This document shows, one piece after another, positions 1 through 9,172 of a DNA stretch of 27,145 nucleotides (position 1 is the stretch's first letter; each line of letters starts with the position of its first letter). Below the pieces are notes generated by a model. That model ran no database searches and was not told the origin of the DNA. It worked only from the letters and a program-made list of their open reading frames with translations. This DNA comes from an uncultured Bacteriovoracaceae bacterium (GTDB lineage Bacteria; Bdellovibrionota; Bacteriovoracia; Bacteriovoracales; Bacteriovoracaceae), in NCBI GenBank assembly GCA_964342535.1, contig CAYFHZ010000001.1:1-27145 (forward strand), read 5' to 3'. The position numbers and the translations under genes were made by a program.

Positions 1-1601
1 CTTTTGAGGTTATTATTTATCCAACTAGGTCCGCCAATAAAGTTAATATTTTTAGCATCAAAAAAGCTAAAGGTTGGGAGAATTTGAATTGCTTCTGTTG
101 GCAATGTTGGTAGAAAAACCCAATCAAAATCAACGACAGGTGGAAGAACGTTTACAACCCTTACATTAGATTTATTTGCATCTTTTATTTCTTTCCATAT
201 TTTAAATTCTTCTTCTCTTTCTCTTGGATATTTTAATCCTAAAATAGCTTTAACATGTTCTCTATAGTCTTCAATTCCAGGATTAAAAGAATAAATATTA
301 GTAAGGTCTAGTTTATTTAAACTATATAAGCTCCACATCTCACTCATATAACTTTTACCTGCATCACTTTCAGGATATAAAATTGCAACTTTTCGTCCAA
401 ATTTCTCCAATACATTTGGCTTTGTTAAACTCTCAACTTGAGATTCTACTGAGCCTTGAACTTCTAGGAGTAGGTGGCTTTTCTCTGAACGTGGTAAATA
501 AACTTGAGATAAAGATATGTACATAACACCATATTTTCTTGCTTCAAGGTATTCAGCTTTTGCCAAACTTGGAAACAAGCCTCCTATAATAACTGAAACA
601 TGATGTTTAAGCACAAGTTCTTGTATTCTATTTTTTGCAAGTAGTGCATTATTTTGATTATCTTTCACATGGACATTGAAATTATTTTTACCCTTTGCTC
701 TATCCAAAGCAGTATTAACACCGGCCATGACTTTCTCACCATATTTGGCAAATTTTCCACTCATTGGAACAATGACTCCAATATTATTTGTACTAATTTT
801 TGAGAAATTATCTGATCTGAACTTATAATCTTCTACAAATAGTCTTACGTCTTCAATGTCAGAAAATTTTGAGCCCATCCATGATACAACATCAGCTGCT
901 CCATCACGATCACCTAAATAAAAGCGACCAAGAGCTTCAATCCTAGCAAGGTATGCTACTGCAACTCTATTCTCTTCTGTATAGTTATAGAGAATATCAA
1001 CACGTTCACTTATTGATAATTTTTTAAAATTATCAATCAATATTTCTTTATATTTAAAATTTTCGAAATCCTTGAATGATTTTACTTCTTTCACCAGATT
1101 CATTAACGAATGAACTACTTTTAAGTGATCGTTTTCAATTAAGGCCAATGTAAAGACCAACCTATAATAATTCTCTTTCTCTTTGGCCTTTAAATACGTT
1201 ACATCTGTTGTGTTAAGGTACTTATTAGCATTTTCTAGTTTTTGAATCTTGTAGTAAGAGCTAGCCAAATTTAAACCAACATCGGCTTTTAGGTATAGGT
1301 CTTGTCCAACAAGTTTATTGGATTTTTCAAAACTTACAATGGCATTTTCTACATCACCTAGGGAGAATAATAGAACCCCCTTAAAATTATATTTTTTTGC
1401 CTGCTCGTCTTTTGTAAGGGTCGAATCGTCAATCGCCTTAATTTTATTCAAAGCAAGTTGTTTATCACCGTCCTTGTAGATAATTTGAATACTATTTAAT
1501 TTTTTAAGAAACTCTGGTGAATAGTAATCTTTTTCGTTAATAACTTTAATACCAGCACAAGCTGATAAAAATAAAATTAGCAATAAACTATAAAGGCGCA
1601 T
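1..1601 (-). CDS. Lipoprotein with TPR-like N-terminal region and LppC/LpoA-like (periplasmic binding protein type 1) C-terminal domain; 3'-truncated by window edge
   Basis: Translated by hand in several segments. It starts MRLYSLLLILFLSACAG (lipobox LSAC) after an AGAGGA SD at 1611-1616. It has TPR-like helices (YNFKGVLLFSLGDVENAIVSFEKS), then IGVIVPMSGKFAKYGEKVMAG and LPPVVDFDWVFLP...FIGGPSW, typical of LppC/LpoA-like domains. The frame is still open at position 1. Confidence 0.75.
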   Translation of the reverse strand, partial: MRLYSLLLILFLSACAGIKVINEKDYYSPEFLKKLNSIQIIYKDGDKQLALNKIKAIDDSTLTKDEQAKKYNFKGVLLFSLGDVENAIVSFEKSNKLVGQDLYLKADVGLNLASSYYKIQKLENANKYLNTTDVTYLKAKEKENYYRLVFTLALIENDHLKVVHSLMNLVKEVKSFKDFENFKYKEILIDNFKKLSISERVDILYNYTEENRVAVAYLARIEALGRFYLGDRDGAADVVSWMGSKFSDIEDVRLFVEDYKFRSDNFSKISTNNIGVIVPMSGKFAKYGEKVMAGVNTALDRAKGKNNFNVHVKDNQNNALLAKNRIQELVLKHHVSVIIGGLFPSLAKAEYLEARKYGVMYISLSQVYLPRSEKSHLLLEVQGSVESQVESLTKPNVLEKFGRKVAILYPESDAGKSYMSEMWSLYSLNKLDLTNIYSFNPGIEDYREHVKAILGLKYPREREEEFKIWKEIKDANKSNVRVVNVLPPVVDFDWVFLPTLPTEAIQILPTFSFFDAKNINFIGGPSWINNNLK

Positions 1602-1626
1602 ATGGGGTATTCCTCTTAACATAAAT

Positions 1627-1653
1627 AAAAAAAGCGACTTAAATTAAGCCGCT
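1627..1653 (-). terminator. Intrinsic terminator-like hairpin after dnaJ
   Basis: Minus strand reads AGCGGCTTAATTTAAGTCGC-TTTTTTT: an inverted repeat with one G-U pair followed by a U-tract, about 45 nt after the dnaJ stop. Confidence 0.7.
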
Positions 1654-1697
1654 ATGATTGTAGTAATATGTTATTCGAGGAGTCTCTTTATGACAAT

Positions 1698-2780
1698 TTA
1701 TTGAAAAAATTCTCTCACTTTTTCAAAAAAACCACGAGACATTGGGTTTGTATTATTGTGCTCTAGCTCAGCAAGTCTTTCAAAAAGTTCTTTTTGCTCA
1801 TCAGATAACTTAGTTGGAGTCTCAACTACTACAGAGATAATTTGATCTCCACTTCCATAACCTCCAAGTCTTTGAATACCTTTTCCTTTTAGCCTCATTT
1901 TTCTACCAGATTGAACTCCATGGGGAATAGTCATCGTTACTTTTCCTGTTAGAGTTGGGACCTCAACTTCTGCTCCTAGTGCAGCTTGAGAAAATGAAAT
2001 CGGAACATCGCAATAAACATCAAAACCATCTCTTTCAAAGAAGTCATGTTCTTGAATTCTAATTTGTACGTACAAATCACCGTTAGGTCCTCCATTGCCT
2101 CCAATATCACCCTCTTGAGAAAGTTTTAATCTTTGTCCATTATCAATTCCAGCTGGAACCTTAACTGAAAGCTTCACTTTCTTCTTAACTCTTTCTGCTA
2201 TTTCACCAGTACCTTGGCAATATGGACATGGCTGTGCAATCGTGAAAAAACCTTGCTGTCGTCTAATCTCACCATGACCATTACAAGTTGTACAAGTTGT
2301 AGGCTGAGTTCCTTCCTTAATGATATTTCTAACAATTGAAACTTCTTTTTCGCAACCAAATGCAGCTTCCTCAAAAGTCACCTCAAGTGCTAATTGTAGA
2401 TCATCTCCTCTTCTAGCTCTAGAGCGTCCACCGCCACTTCTTCGACCACGGCCGCCACCTCCGAACATATCTCCAAAAAGATCTCCAAAAATATCTCCAA
2501 GATCTCCAAAGTCAGCACCAGCACCAAAGCCTCCGCCGCCAAAACCAGATTGTCCATCAACTCCAGCGTGCCCAAATTGGTCATAACGAGACTTCTTATT
2601 ATCATCTAAAAGAATTTCTGCAGCTTCAGTTGCTTCTTTAAATTTTGCTTCTGCTTCTGCATTATCTGGGTTCCTATCTGGATGATATTTCATTGCAAGT
2701 TTTCGATAAGCTTTCTTTATTTCATCTTTACTCGCATTTTTCTGAACACCCAAAACTTCGTAGTAATCTCGTTTACTCAT
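1698..2780 (-). CDS. dnaJ: Chaperone DnaJ (only two CxxCxGxG motifs)
   Basis: J-domain with HPD, G/F-rich region with DIF-like motifs, and C-terminal substrate-binding domains. Lies downstream of dnaK. Confidence 0.97.
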   Translation of the reverse strand: MSKRDYYEVLGVQKNASKDEIKKAYRKLAMKYHPDRNPDNAEAEAKFKEATEAAEILLDDNKKSRYDQFGHAGVDGQSGFGGGGFGAGADFGDLGDIFGDLFGDMFGGGGRGRRSGGGRSRARRGDDLQLALEVTFEEAAFGCEKEVSIVRNIIKEGTQPTTCTTCNGHGEIRRQQGFFTIAQPCPYCQGTGEIAERVKKKVKLSVKVPAGIDNGQRLKLSQEGDIGGNGGPNGDLYVQIRIQEHDFFERDGFDVYCDVPISFSQAALGAEVEVPTLTGKVTMTIPHGVQSGRKMRLKGKGIQRLGGYGSGDQIISVVVETPTKLSDEQKELFERLAELEHNNTNPMSRGFFEKVREFFQ

Positions 2781-2790
2781 TTTCTATCCT

Positions 2791-2856
2791 AAAAAATAAA
2801 AAAAGTTCCAGCAGACTGTAAGTTATGTATAGAACAACTTAAAATCTGCTGGAACT
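2791..2856 (-). terminator. Long intercistronic hairpin with U-tract between dnaK and dnaJ
   Basis: Perfect 12-bp arms AGTTCCAGCAGA (2804-2815) and TCTGCTGGAACT (2845-2856), an inner TAAGTT/AACTTA stem, then a long U-rich tract on the minus strand. Confidence 0.75.
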
Positions 2857-2862
2857 ATATTA

Positions 2863-4776
2863 TTAAACTTCTTTAAAGTCTGCGTCTACAACATCATCGT
2901 CATCATTTTTTGAATCTGCCGATGCCCCTTGAGCCTCTGATTCTGCTCCCGGTTGTGCTCCTGGTTGAGCTCCAGCTCCATAAAGGTCTTGAGCAATAGC
3001 ATGTGCTGCATTTTGAAGTCTTTCTGTTGCTGCTTTTACTTCATCTAAATTTTCTGAAGTTACTTTTGTTTTCGCTTCAGCTAATGCTGCCTCAACATCT
3101 GATTTCTTTTCAGCAGGAACTTTATCTCCTGCTTCATTGATTGCTTTTTCAGTTGAGAAGACAAGTGAATCTAAGTTATTTCTTGCATCAACGATTTCTC
3201 TTCTCTTAGAGTCAGCATCTCTATTGGCCTCAGCATCTTTAACCATTTTTTCAATTTCTTCTTCAGATAAACCTGAACCTGAAGTAATAACGATATCTTG
3301 CTTTTTACCAGTTGCTTTATCGTGAGCTGAAACATTGATAATTCCGTTAGCATCAATATTGAACTCAACTTCAATTTGAGGAACACCTCTTGGAGCAGGA
3401 GCAATTCCTGAAAGATCAAATCTACCAAGAGTTTTATTATCGTTAGCAAATTCTCTTTCACCTTGAAGTACGTGAATTGATACCGCTGGTTGGTTATCTT
3501 GGGCAGTAGAGAATACTTGCGATTTCTTAGTTGGAATCGTTGTATTCTTATCAATAATCTTAGTCATTACACCACCCATTGTCTCAATACCAAGAGATAG
3601 TGGAGTAACATCTAAAAGAAGGACATCTTTAACATCACCTTGTAGTACCCCTCCTTGAACTGCTGCACCTGCTGCAACAACTTCATCAGGGTTAACACCT
3701 TTTGAAGGTTCTTTTCCAAAAATTTGCTTAACTTTCTCTTGAATCGCAGGAATTCTTGTTGAACCACCAACAAGGATAACCTCATGAATTTCACTTTTAT
3801 CTAATCCAGAGTCATTTAAACAAGTCGTACATGGAGTCATTAGTCCATCAATATATTTAGAGATTAAATCTTCAAATTTAGCTCTGGTTAAAGAAAGTAC
3901 TAAGTGTTTAGGGCCAGAAGCATCTGCTGTAATAAACGGAAGATTAATTTCAGTTTGAGAAGTTGAAGAAAGTTCATGCTTCGCCTTTTCTGCTGCTTCT
4001 TTTAGTCTTTGAAGTGCCATTTGGTCTTTTCTAAGATCTACAGAGTTATCTTTTTGAAATTCTTCTGCCATCCAGTTAATAATTTCTTCATCGAAATTTT
4101 CACCACCTAGAAATGTATCACCATTTGTTGCTTTAACATCAAAAAGTCCATCTTCAGTGATTTCAAGAATTGAAATATCAAAAGTACCACCACCAAGGTC
4201 AAATACTGCAATATTCATATCTTTTTTCTGATCCATACCATAAGCAAGAGCTGCAGCTGTTGGCTCATTTACAATTCTCTTAACTTCTAATCCTGCAATT
4301 TTACCTGCATCTTTAGTCGCCTGTCTTTGAGCATCATTAAAATATGCTGGAACAGTGATAACTGCCTCCGTAACAGCTTCACCTAAATAGTCTTCAGCTG
4401 CTTTTTTCATTTTTTCTAAAACTCTAGCTGAGATTTCTTGAGGTGCCATTTCTTTATTTGCAACTTTTACCCAAGCATCTCCATTTTTATTAGCAAAAAC
4501 TTCAAAAGGTGCAACAGCAGCAAATTCTTTTGCTTCCCTATCCGTTGCTTTTCTACCAATAAGTCTTTTAATACCATAGAGAGTCTTATTAGGATTTGTA
4601 ACTGCTTGTCTTTTAGCAACCTGTCCTACTAATACTTCTTCTTTATCATTAAATGCAACAACTGAAGGTGTTGTGTTGTGCCCCTCAGCATTTGGGACAA
4701 TTTTATATTTCCCATTTTCATAAACAGCGACACAAGAATTTGTTGTCCCTAAATCGATTCCAATAATTCTACCCAT
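2863..4776 (-). CDS. dnaK: Chaperone DnaK (Hsp70)
   Basis: Motifs [36 protein letters not shown] and [12 protein letters not shown]-terminus ends DADFKEV. Confidence 0.99.
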   Translation of the reverse strand: MGRIIGIDLGTTNSCVAVYENGKYKIVPNAEGHNTTPSVVAFNDKEEVLVGQVAKRQAVTNPNKTLYGIKRLIGRKATDREAKEFAAVAPFEVFANKNGDAWVKVANKEMAPQEISARVLEKMKKAAEDYLGEAVTEAVITVPAYFNDAQRQATKDAGKIAGLEVKRIVNEPTAAALAYGMDQKKDMNIAVFDLGGGTFDISILEITEDGLFDVKATNGDTFLGGENFDEEIINWMAEEFQKDNSVDLRKDQMALQRLKEAAEKAKHELSSTSQTEINLPFITADASGPKHLVLSLTRAKFEDLISKYIDGLMTPCTTCLNDSGLDKSEIHEVILVGGSTRIPAIQEKVKQIFGKEPSKGVNPDEVVAAGAAVQGGVLQGDVKDVLLLDVTPLSLGIETMGGVMTKIIDKNTTIPTKKSQVFSTAQDNQPAVSIHVLQGEREFANDNKTLGRFDLSGIAPAPRGVPQIEVEFNIDANGIINVSAHDKATGKKQDIVITSGSGLSEEEIEKMVKDAEANRDADSKRREIVDARNNLDSLVFSTEKAINEAGDKVPAEKKSDVEAALAEAKTKVTSENLDEVKAATERLQNAAHAIAQDLYGAGAQPGAQPGAESEAQGASADSKNDDDDVVDADFKEV

Positions 4777-4801
4777 AATTGACTCCTTAAAATATTCTCT
4801 A

Positions 4802-5362
4802 TTAATCGTTTTTAACTACAATGACTTTTGCTGCTCTGATCACTCGATCATTAAGCGTATATCCATTTTGATGAACTTGAATAACTTCCATATTTGGCTT
4901 ACCTTCAGCTGGTTGCTGAGCAAGTGCTTCATGAAAATTAGGATCAAATTCTTCACCAAGTGCTTCAATTTGTTTTAATCCATGCTTAGAAAGTGAATCA
5001 ATGAAAAGTTTCTGAATCATATCAATTCCAACTACAATATTTTTCACTTTTTCATCTTCATCATTTCTAATAAACCCCAAAGTTCTTTCTAAATTATCTA
5101 CAACATCAAGCATATCTTTTAGAATTTTTTCACTTCCATACTTAAGAAGATTTTCTTTTTCTTTTTCAAATCTTCTTTGCATATTTTGCATTTCAGCTGC
5201 TAGATAATAATATTTTTCTTTAAACTCATCCTTTACTTCAGTTTGAGTATCTTCCTCTGTCACTTCTGCATCTGAAGCTTTTATTTCTTCTGCTTCAACT
5301 GTATTATCTACAGTTTCTTTTGCTTCTTGCTCTGTGCCATTTGTCTCTGACGTGTTTTCCAT
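4802..5362 (-). CDS. grpE: Nucleotide exchange factor GrpE
   Basis: Motifs FDPNFHEA and [16 protein letters not shown]; lies directly upstream of dnaK. Confidence 0.97.
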   Translation of the reverse strand: MENTSETNGTEQEAKETVDNTVEAEEIKASDAEVTEEDTQTEVKDEFKEKYYYLAAEMQNMQRRFEKEKENLLKYGSEKILKDMLDVVDNLERTLGFIRNDEDEKVKNIVVGIDMIQKLFIDSLSKHGLKQIEALGEEFDPNFHEALAQQPAEGKPNMEVIQVHQNGYTLNDRVIRAAKVIVVKND

Positions 5363-5402
5363 ACTTTATTTACTCCAATCTAATAAGTTCCTCTAAAGTT
5401 TA

Positions 5403-5429
5403 AAATGGTGCCGAGCAGATAAATGTCAA
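5403..5429 (-). promoter_or_regulatory. Putative sigma32 (RpoH)-type heat-shock promoter of grpE-dnaK-dnaJ
   Basis: Minus strand TTGACA-N13-CACCATTT resembles the RpoH consensus TTGAAA-N13/14-CCCCATNT. Confidence 0.5.
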
Positions 5430-5440
5430 TGATCTGACAT
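5423..5440. promoter_or_regulatory. Palindrome ATGTCA-N6-TGACAT overlapping the grpE -35 (candidate operator)
   Basis: Perfect 6-bp inverted repeat seen in the sequence; a regulatory function is inferred. Confidence 0.35.
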
Positions 5441-5483
5441 GAAAAAAAATTAATCAATTTACGACCAATGTGATTTTAAACAG

Positions 5484-6608
5484 TTAGAAGGTTATTTTTT
5501 TAAAAATATCATCGAGTAAACTATCACTCATAAGAAATCCGAGTTTAGTTACTTTAATTGATACTGGCCTAGAAGACTCTTCAATATAGCCAGCTTTAAC
5601 CCAATTAGAAATAAGTATATTCATATTACTTAAGTCATTAACAGATTGAAAAATTTTTGTCATATCAAAGGGCTCGCTTCTACGGAGTCCTAGAAATAAT
5701 TGTTCAATAACAAGAGACTCACCTTCAATAATTTCTTCTGTAACACCTAAAGATTTACTTTTCCATTGATACCTAGTGGAATGAGTGTCATTAACTAAAA
5801 GACCTGTCGCATTTGGTCCAATACCGGCAACAGACTCATAAGCCCAATATTTTTTATTATGCTTTGACTCATAATTCGACTTTGCAAAATTAGATACTTC
5901 GTAATGCTTAAAACCGTGTACTTTAAGGTAATCAGAAACAAACAAGTATTCATCTCTTATTCTTTCATCATCAGGAAGATTTTTATTATGCGGGTAATTA
6001 GATCGTGTTTTTAAGATATAAACACTCAAATGATTAGGGCCGTATTTAAGAATTTGGTCTATCTCATTTTTTAAATTTCTATTTTCTGATGAAGGCAGTC
6101 CCAACATGAGATCTACCGAATAATTTACCTCTTTTTCATACAAATATTTTAATAATTTTTCTATTGCTGCTAAGTCATGTCCTCTATCCATTATTTTTAA
6201 TAACTTTTCATTAAATGTTTGAACACCTACTGAGTAACGATTCACTCCAAACTTTTCCCAAGAATTTATATCATTATCATTCCAAGCATTTGGATCAATC
6301 TCCAAAGTACATTCGGTGTTAGATGTTAATCTAATATTTAAACGATCAAATTCTTCTTTTAAAATATTCGCTCCAGCTCCTGGCCATAAAGATGGTGTTC
6401 CACCTCCAAGATACAAAGTATCTAGATTTGAAAGTTTAAAGCCTTGATGATTTAAATAGTTTTCATGATATTGAAATTGCTCGATGAGTTTATTTTCAAA
6501 TTCTTTAACTTGATCAAAGGATTGAAGCTTATGCTTATAAAAATCGCAATAATTGCAAAGATGACGACAGAAAGGAAAATGTAGATATAGAGATGATATT
6601 TGCTTCAT
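5484..6608 (-). CDS. hemW: Radical SAM heme chaperone HemW (HemN-like)
   Basis: LYLHFPFC-RHLCNYCDF (CxxxCxxC), GGGTPS, YEVSNF and the HNxxYW motif (HNKKYW). Sits at the usual position upstream of grpE. Confidence 0.88.
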   Translation of the reverse strand: MKQISSLYLHFPFCRHLCNYCDFYKHKLQSFDQVKEFENKLIEQFQYHENYLNHQGFKLSNLDTLYLGGGTPSLWPGAGANILKEEFDRLNIRLTSNTECTLEIDPNAWNDNDINSWEKFGVNRYSVGVQTFNEKLLKIMDRGHDLAAIEKLLKYLYEKEVNYSVDLMLGLPSSENRNLKNEIDQILKYGPNHLSVYILKTRSNYPHNKNLPDDERIRDEYLFVSDYLKVHGFKHYEVSNFAKSNYESKHNKKYWAYESVAGIGPNATGLLVNDTHSTRYQWKSKSLGVTEEIIEGESLVIEQLFLGLRRSEPFDMTKIFQSVNDLSNMNILISNWVKAGYIEESSRPVSIKVTKLGFLMSDSLLDDIFKKITF

Positions 6609-6618
6609 TAAATATATT

Positions 6619-6647
6619 TTGCCAATGATTCATGGGAAAGATACACT
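6619..6647 (+). promoter_or_regulatory. Putative sigma70 promoter of wzm-wzt, probably leaderless
   Basis: TTGCCA(6619-6624)-N17-TACACT(6642-6647)-N6-ATG(6654). Confidence 0.5.
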
Positions 6648-6653
6648 TTTTTT

Positions 6654-7418
6654 ATGCGAATACAAGAACAATTCACTGTAATTACGACTTTGACAGTCGC
6701 AGAGATGAAAGGAAGATATCGAAATACTTTTGCAGGTTTACTATGGGTGATGTTTAATCCCTTAATTTTATTTTCAGTCCACGCTCTTATTTTCAAACAC
6801 GTTCTACGCATCGATCTAGATCGGTATTATACATTTTTGCTAAGTGGACTCTTACCATGGATTTATATAAGTAACACACTCACCCAAACAGTTCATAGTT
6901 TTATTACTATGAGAGAACCTTTGCTTTCATTTCAAATCCATCCCGTATCCATTATCATATCTAAAAGTATTGATAGTTTTATCAATTTTATTTTTCCATT
7001 TGGTTTTTTATTTATACTACTATCTCAAATTGAAAGCTTTACCTATATTGGAATTCTTCTTGTTCCAATTGCAATGTTTTTCATTTTTGTAACAACGACT
7101 GCACTCGCAATTTTTCTAGCTACACTACAAGTTTTTTTCAGAGATACGCAGTACCTGACTCACTTTACCTTAAGTATTCTATTTTACCGCACTCCAATAT
7201 TTTATCCACGTCATTTGATTCCTGTAAATTATCAATTTTTAGTCGATATCAATCCATTTTATGCTCTTATAAATATTTTTAAAGTATGCCTTTGGGACTA
7301 TTCATTTAGTGCTTTTATGGCCTCAGTTACAATGACCTCCATTTTCACTGTAATTATTATTGTAATATCAATTTTATTTTGGAAAAAGACCCGTAATGAA
7401 CTCTACATCAATATCTAA
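6654..7418 (+). CDS. ABC-2 polysaccharide/polyol-phosphate export permease (Wzm/TagG family)
   Basis: EMKGRYRNTFAGLLWVMFNPL, FLLSGLLPW, VFFRD, TPIFYP and INPF motifs, with about six hydrophobic segments. Confidence 0.9.
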   Translation: MRIQEQFTVITTLTVAEMKGRYRNTFAGLLWVMFNPLILFSVHALIFKHVLRIDLDRYYTFLLSGLLPWIYISNTLTQTVHSFITMREPLLSFQIHPVSIIISKSIDSFINFIFPFGFLFILLSQIESFTYIGILLVPIAMFFIFVTTTALAIFLATLQVFFRDTQYLTHFTLSILFYRTPIFYPRHLIPVNYQFLVDINPFYALINIFKVCLWDYSFSAFMASVTMTSIFTVIIIVISILFWKKTRNELYINI

Positions 7419-8199
7419 CACTGTACTTGAAATTAAAAATTTAACGATTAGTTATAATTTTTCAAGGTATCAGGCTAAAGGAATTAGAGATCTTTTTATT
7501 GATATCATAAGTTCTCCAATTAATTTTTTCTTTGACCGACCTCAAAAAATAGATATTTTAAAAAATATTTCACTTGAAATCCATAAAGGTGAAAGAGTTG
7601 CCTTAATCGGTATAAATGGAGCAGGTAAAACATCCTTATGCAGAACAATATCAGGAATGTATGGTTCAAAAAAAGAGATAACTATTAACGGTAGACTTAG
7701 ATCCATTTTTGATACTGCAAGTGTTATCCAGCCGGAGTTATCAGGTAGAGAAAATGCATGGATCATTACAAATATTATATACTCTAACCTTCCAAAGGAA
7801 GAGCGTGCTGAAATTGTTGAAGACTCACTGAAATTTTCAGATTTAAAAGAATACATTGAAGCTCCCTTTAAGCACTATAGTAAAGGAATGAAAGTCCGAC
7901 TCTTTCTAAGTATCGTATCAGCAAAGCCATGTGATTTTCTAATTCTCGATGAAGTCTTTAATGGCGCAGATATATTTTTTAACGAGAGAATATCTGAACG
8001 AATTTTGAATGTCATAAATGAATCTGGGGCCGTCTTTTTCATAAGCCATTCTGAAGAATTAATTCATAAAGTTTGTAATAGAGCAATTGTTCTTGGAAAC
8101 AAACAAATCCTCTTCGATGGAAAAGTTGATGATGCAATTAAATTCTACAAGAAAAATTACGGGGAACATTTAAAGTACGAAGAACTTAAAGAGTTTTAG
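7396..8199 (+). CDS. ABC polysaccharide export ATPase (Wzt/TagH family), no C-terminal carbohydrate-binding domain
   Basis: Walker A GINGAGKT, ELSGRENA, signature YSKGMKVRL, Walker B LILDE and H-loop ISH. 267 aa; overlaps the permease by 23 nt. Confidence 0.92.
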   Translation: MNSTSISNTVLEIKNLTISYNFSRYQAKGIRDLFIDIISSPINFFFDRPQKIDILKNISLEIHKGERVALIGINGAGKTSLCRTISGMYGSKKEITINGRLRSIFDTASVIQPELSGRENAWIITNIIYSNLPKEERAEIVEDSLKFSDLKEYIEAPFKHYSKGMKVRLFLSIVSAKPCDFLILDEVFNGADIFFNERISERILNVINESGAVFFISHSEELIHKVCNRAIVLGNKQILFDGKVDDAIKFYKKNYGEHLKYEELKEF

Positions 8200-9172
8200 C
8201 TTTATTAATTTCCTGAATGTAAACCTCTTTGAATCCATCACTTTTATAAACATTATACAGTGAACTACCTTGGGCAGATCCTTTGTAAGGTAAATAATAT
8301 TTTAAAAATGACTCTCCTATTTTTTCTGATGTGAATATTTCGATCTTATGGAATCTAGATAATTTATAACTTAAACTTGATTCTTCTTTAACGCTTTCAG
8401 GTACTTCATTGATACAATCACCACCTAGAGAGTAAAAAAGATGATCAATATAATTATCTGCGACAACTCCATTTACTTGGTCTAAATTATAAAATGAGAA
8501 GCTATCTGGCTTTTTAAATAGCTCAAAAAATTCACTTGAATTCATCTCTACTTGAATATCAAATCCAAAAACCTCATATAGAACTTTATAAAACTCTATA
8601 TCATATCTTTTCTTACGATGTTGCCAAGTTGACAGGATAGATTCTCTTTGTGGAAGTATAAAAACAGTTTTATTATAGCTTGATGCAATATTCCTAAGCT
8701 CCAAAGCATATTCCATTGGAGAATTTTTATTCCAAAAGTACTCTTCAGTCGCAAGACCATGGAAGTAAAGAACTTCTTTACCAATATCATCCTTAGCTGT
8801 TCCCTTCACTTGATAAAAGGCGACTTGATGTTTCCATGAAGGAGGAACAATATTTATAAATCGATGATTAATGAGTAATACTGTTTTTAAATCATATGGT
8901 GGTTTAGGGTGCTGGAGAAAGAAATCTAATACCCCTGCAAAACCATCTCTAATTGTTACGATGGAATATCTTCCTAAGTCAAAATTATCTCGAAATTCAT
9001 AAAAGAATGCTGGATTACCTTCAAAAAAGTATTTCTCGGTAATTGGAAAATAAGACCAATAAAAATCTTTAAATAATGCATCTCTAAAATCAACATTCCA
9101 TTTTTTATAATGAATATTATCGTGAGTACTATTTTGAATATAATTTGAAATCTTATTTAATATAGGCATCAT
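8186..9172 (-). CDS. Hypothetical protein (328 aa, soluble, aromatic-rich), coupled to the glycosyltransferase
   Basis: Long ORF in AT-rich DNA whose start overlaps the GT stop by 20 nt. No family recognised. Confidence 0.8.
   Translation of the reverse strand: MMPILNKISNYIQNSTHDNIHYKKWNVDFRDALFKDFYWSYFPITEKYFFEGNPAFFYEFRDNFDLGRYSIVTIRDGFAGVLDFFLQHPKPPYDLKTVLLINHRFINIVPPSWKHQVAFYQVKGTAKDDIGKEVLYFHGLATEEYFWNKNSPMEYALELRNIASSYNKTVFILPQRESILSTWQHRKKRYDIEFYKVLYEVFGFDIQVEMNSSEFFELFKKPDSFSFYNLDQVNGVVADNYIDHLFYSLGGDCINEVPESVKEESSLSYKLSRFHKIEIFTSEKIGESFLKYYLPYKGSAQGSSLYNVYKSDGFKEVYIQEINKAKTL

Noticed and set aside
2467..2511. Tandem ATCTCCAA repeats with 9-12 nt period
   Set aside because: They encode the FGD(L/I/M) repeats of the DnaJ G/F region and are not a CRISPR array or VNTR.
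2320..2605. 88-aa Pro-rich (+) ORF and 71-aa (-) ORF
   Set aside because: Antisense and alternate-frame shadows of the Gly-rich part of dnaJ.
2941..2980. Short GAQP repeat
   Set aside because: Ordinary low-complexity DnaK C-terminal tail.
3137..4632. Four short ORFs inside dnaK
   Set aside because: Fully nested in a conserved gene, with no recognisable motifs.
6608..6811. 67-aa minus ORF abutting hemW
   Set aside because: Mostly antisense to the well-supported wzm and spans the promoter region.
7188..7190. Arg in the Wzm segment LFYRTPIFYP where a hydrophobic residue is typical
   Set aside because: One base (CGC versus CTC) would explain it. A sequencing error cannot be distinguished from a real variant, and it is not evidence of a pseudogene.
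7542..8790. 104-aa and 64-aa ORFs nested in wzt and the orphan gene
   Set aside because: Shadow or alternate-frame ORFs without supporting evidence.
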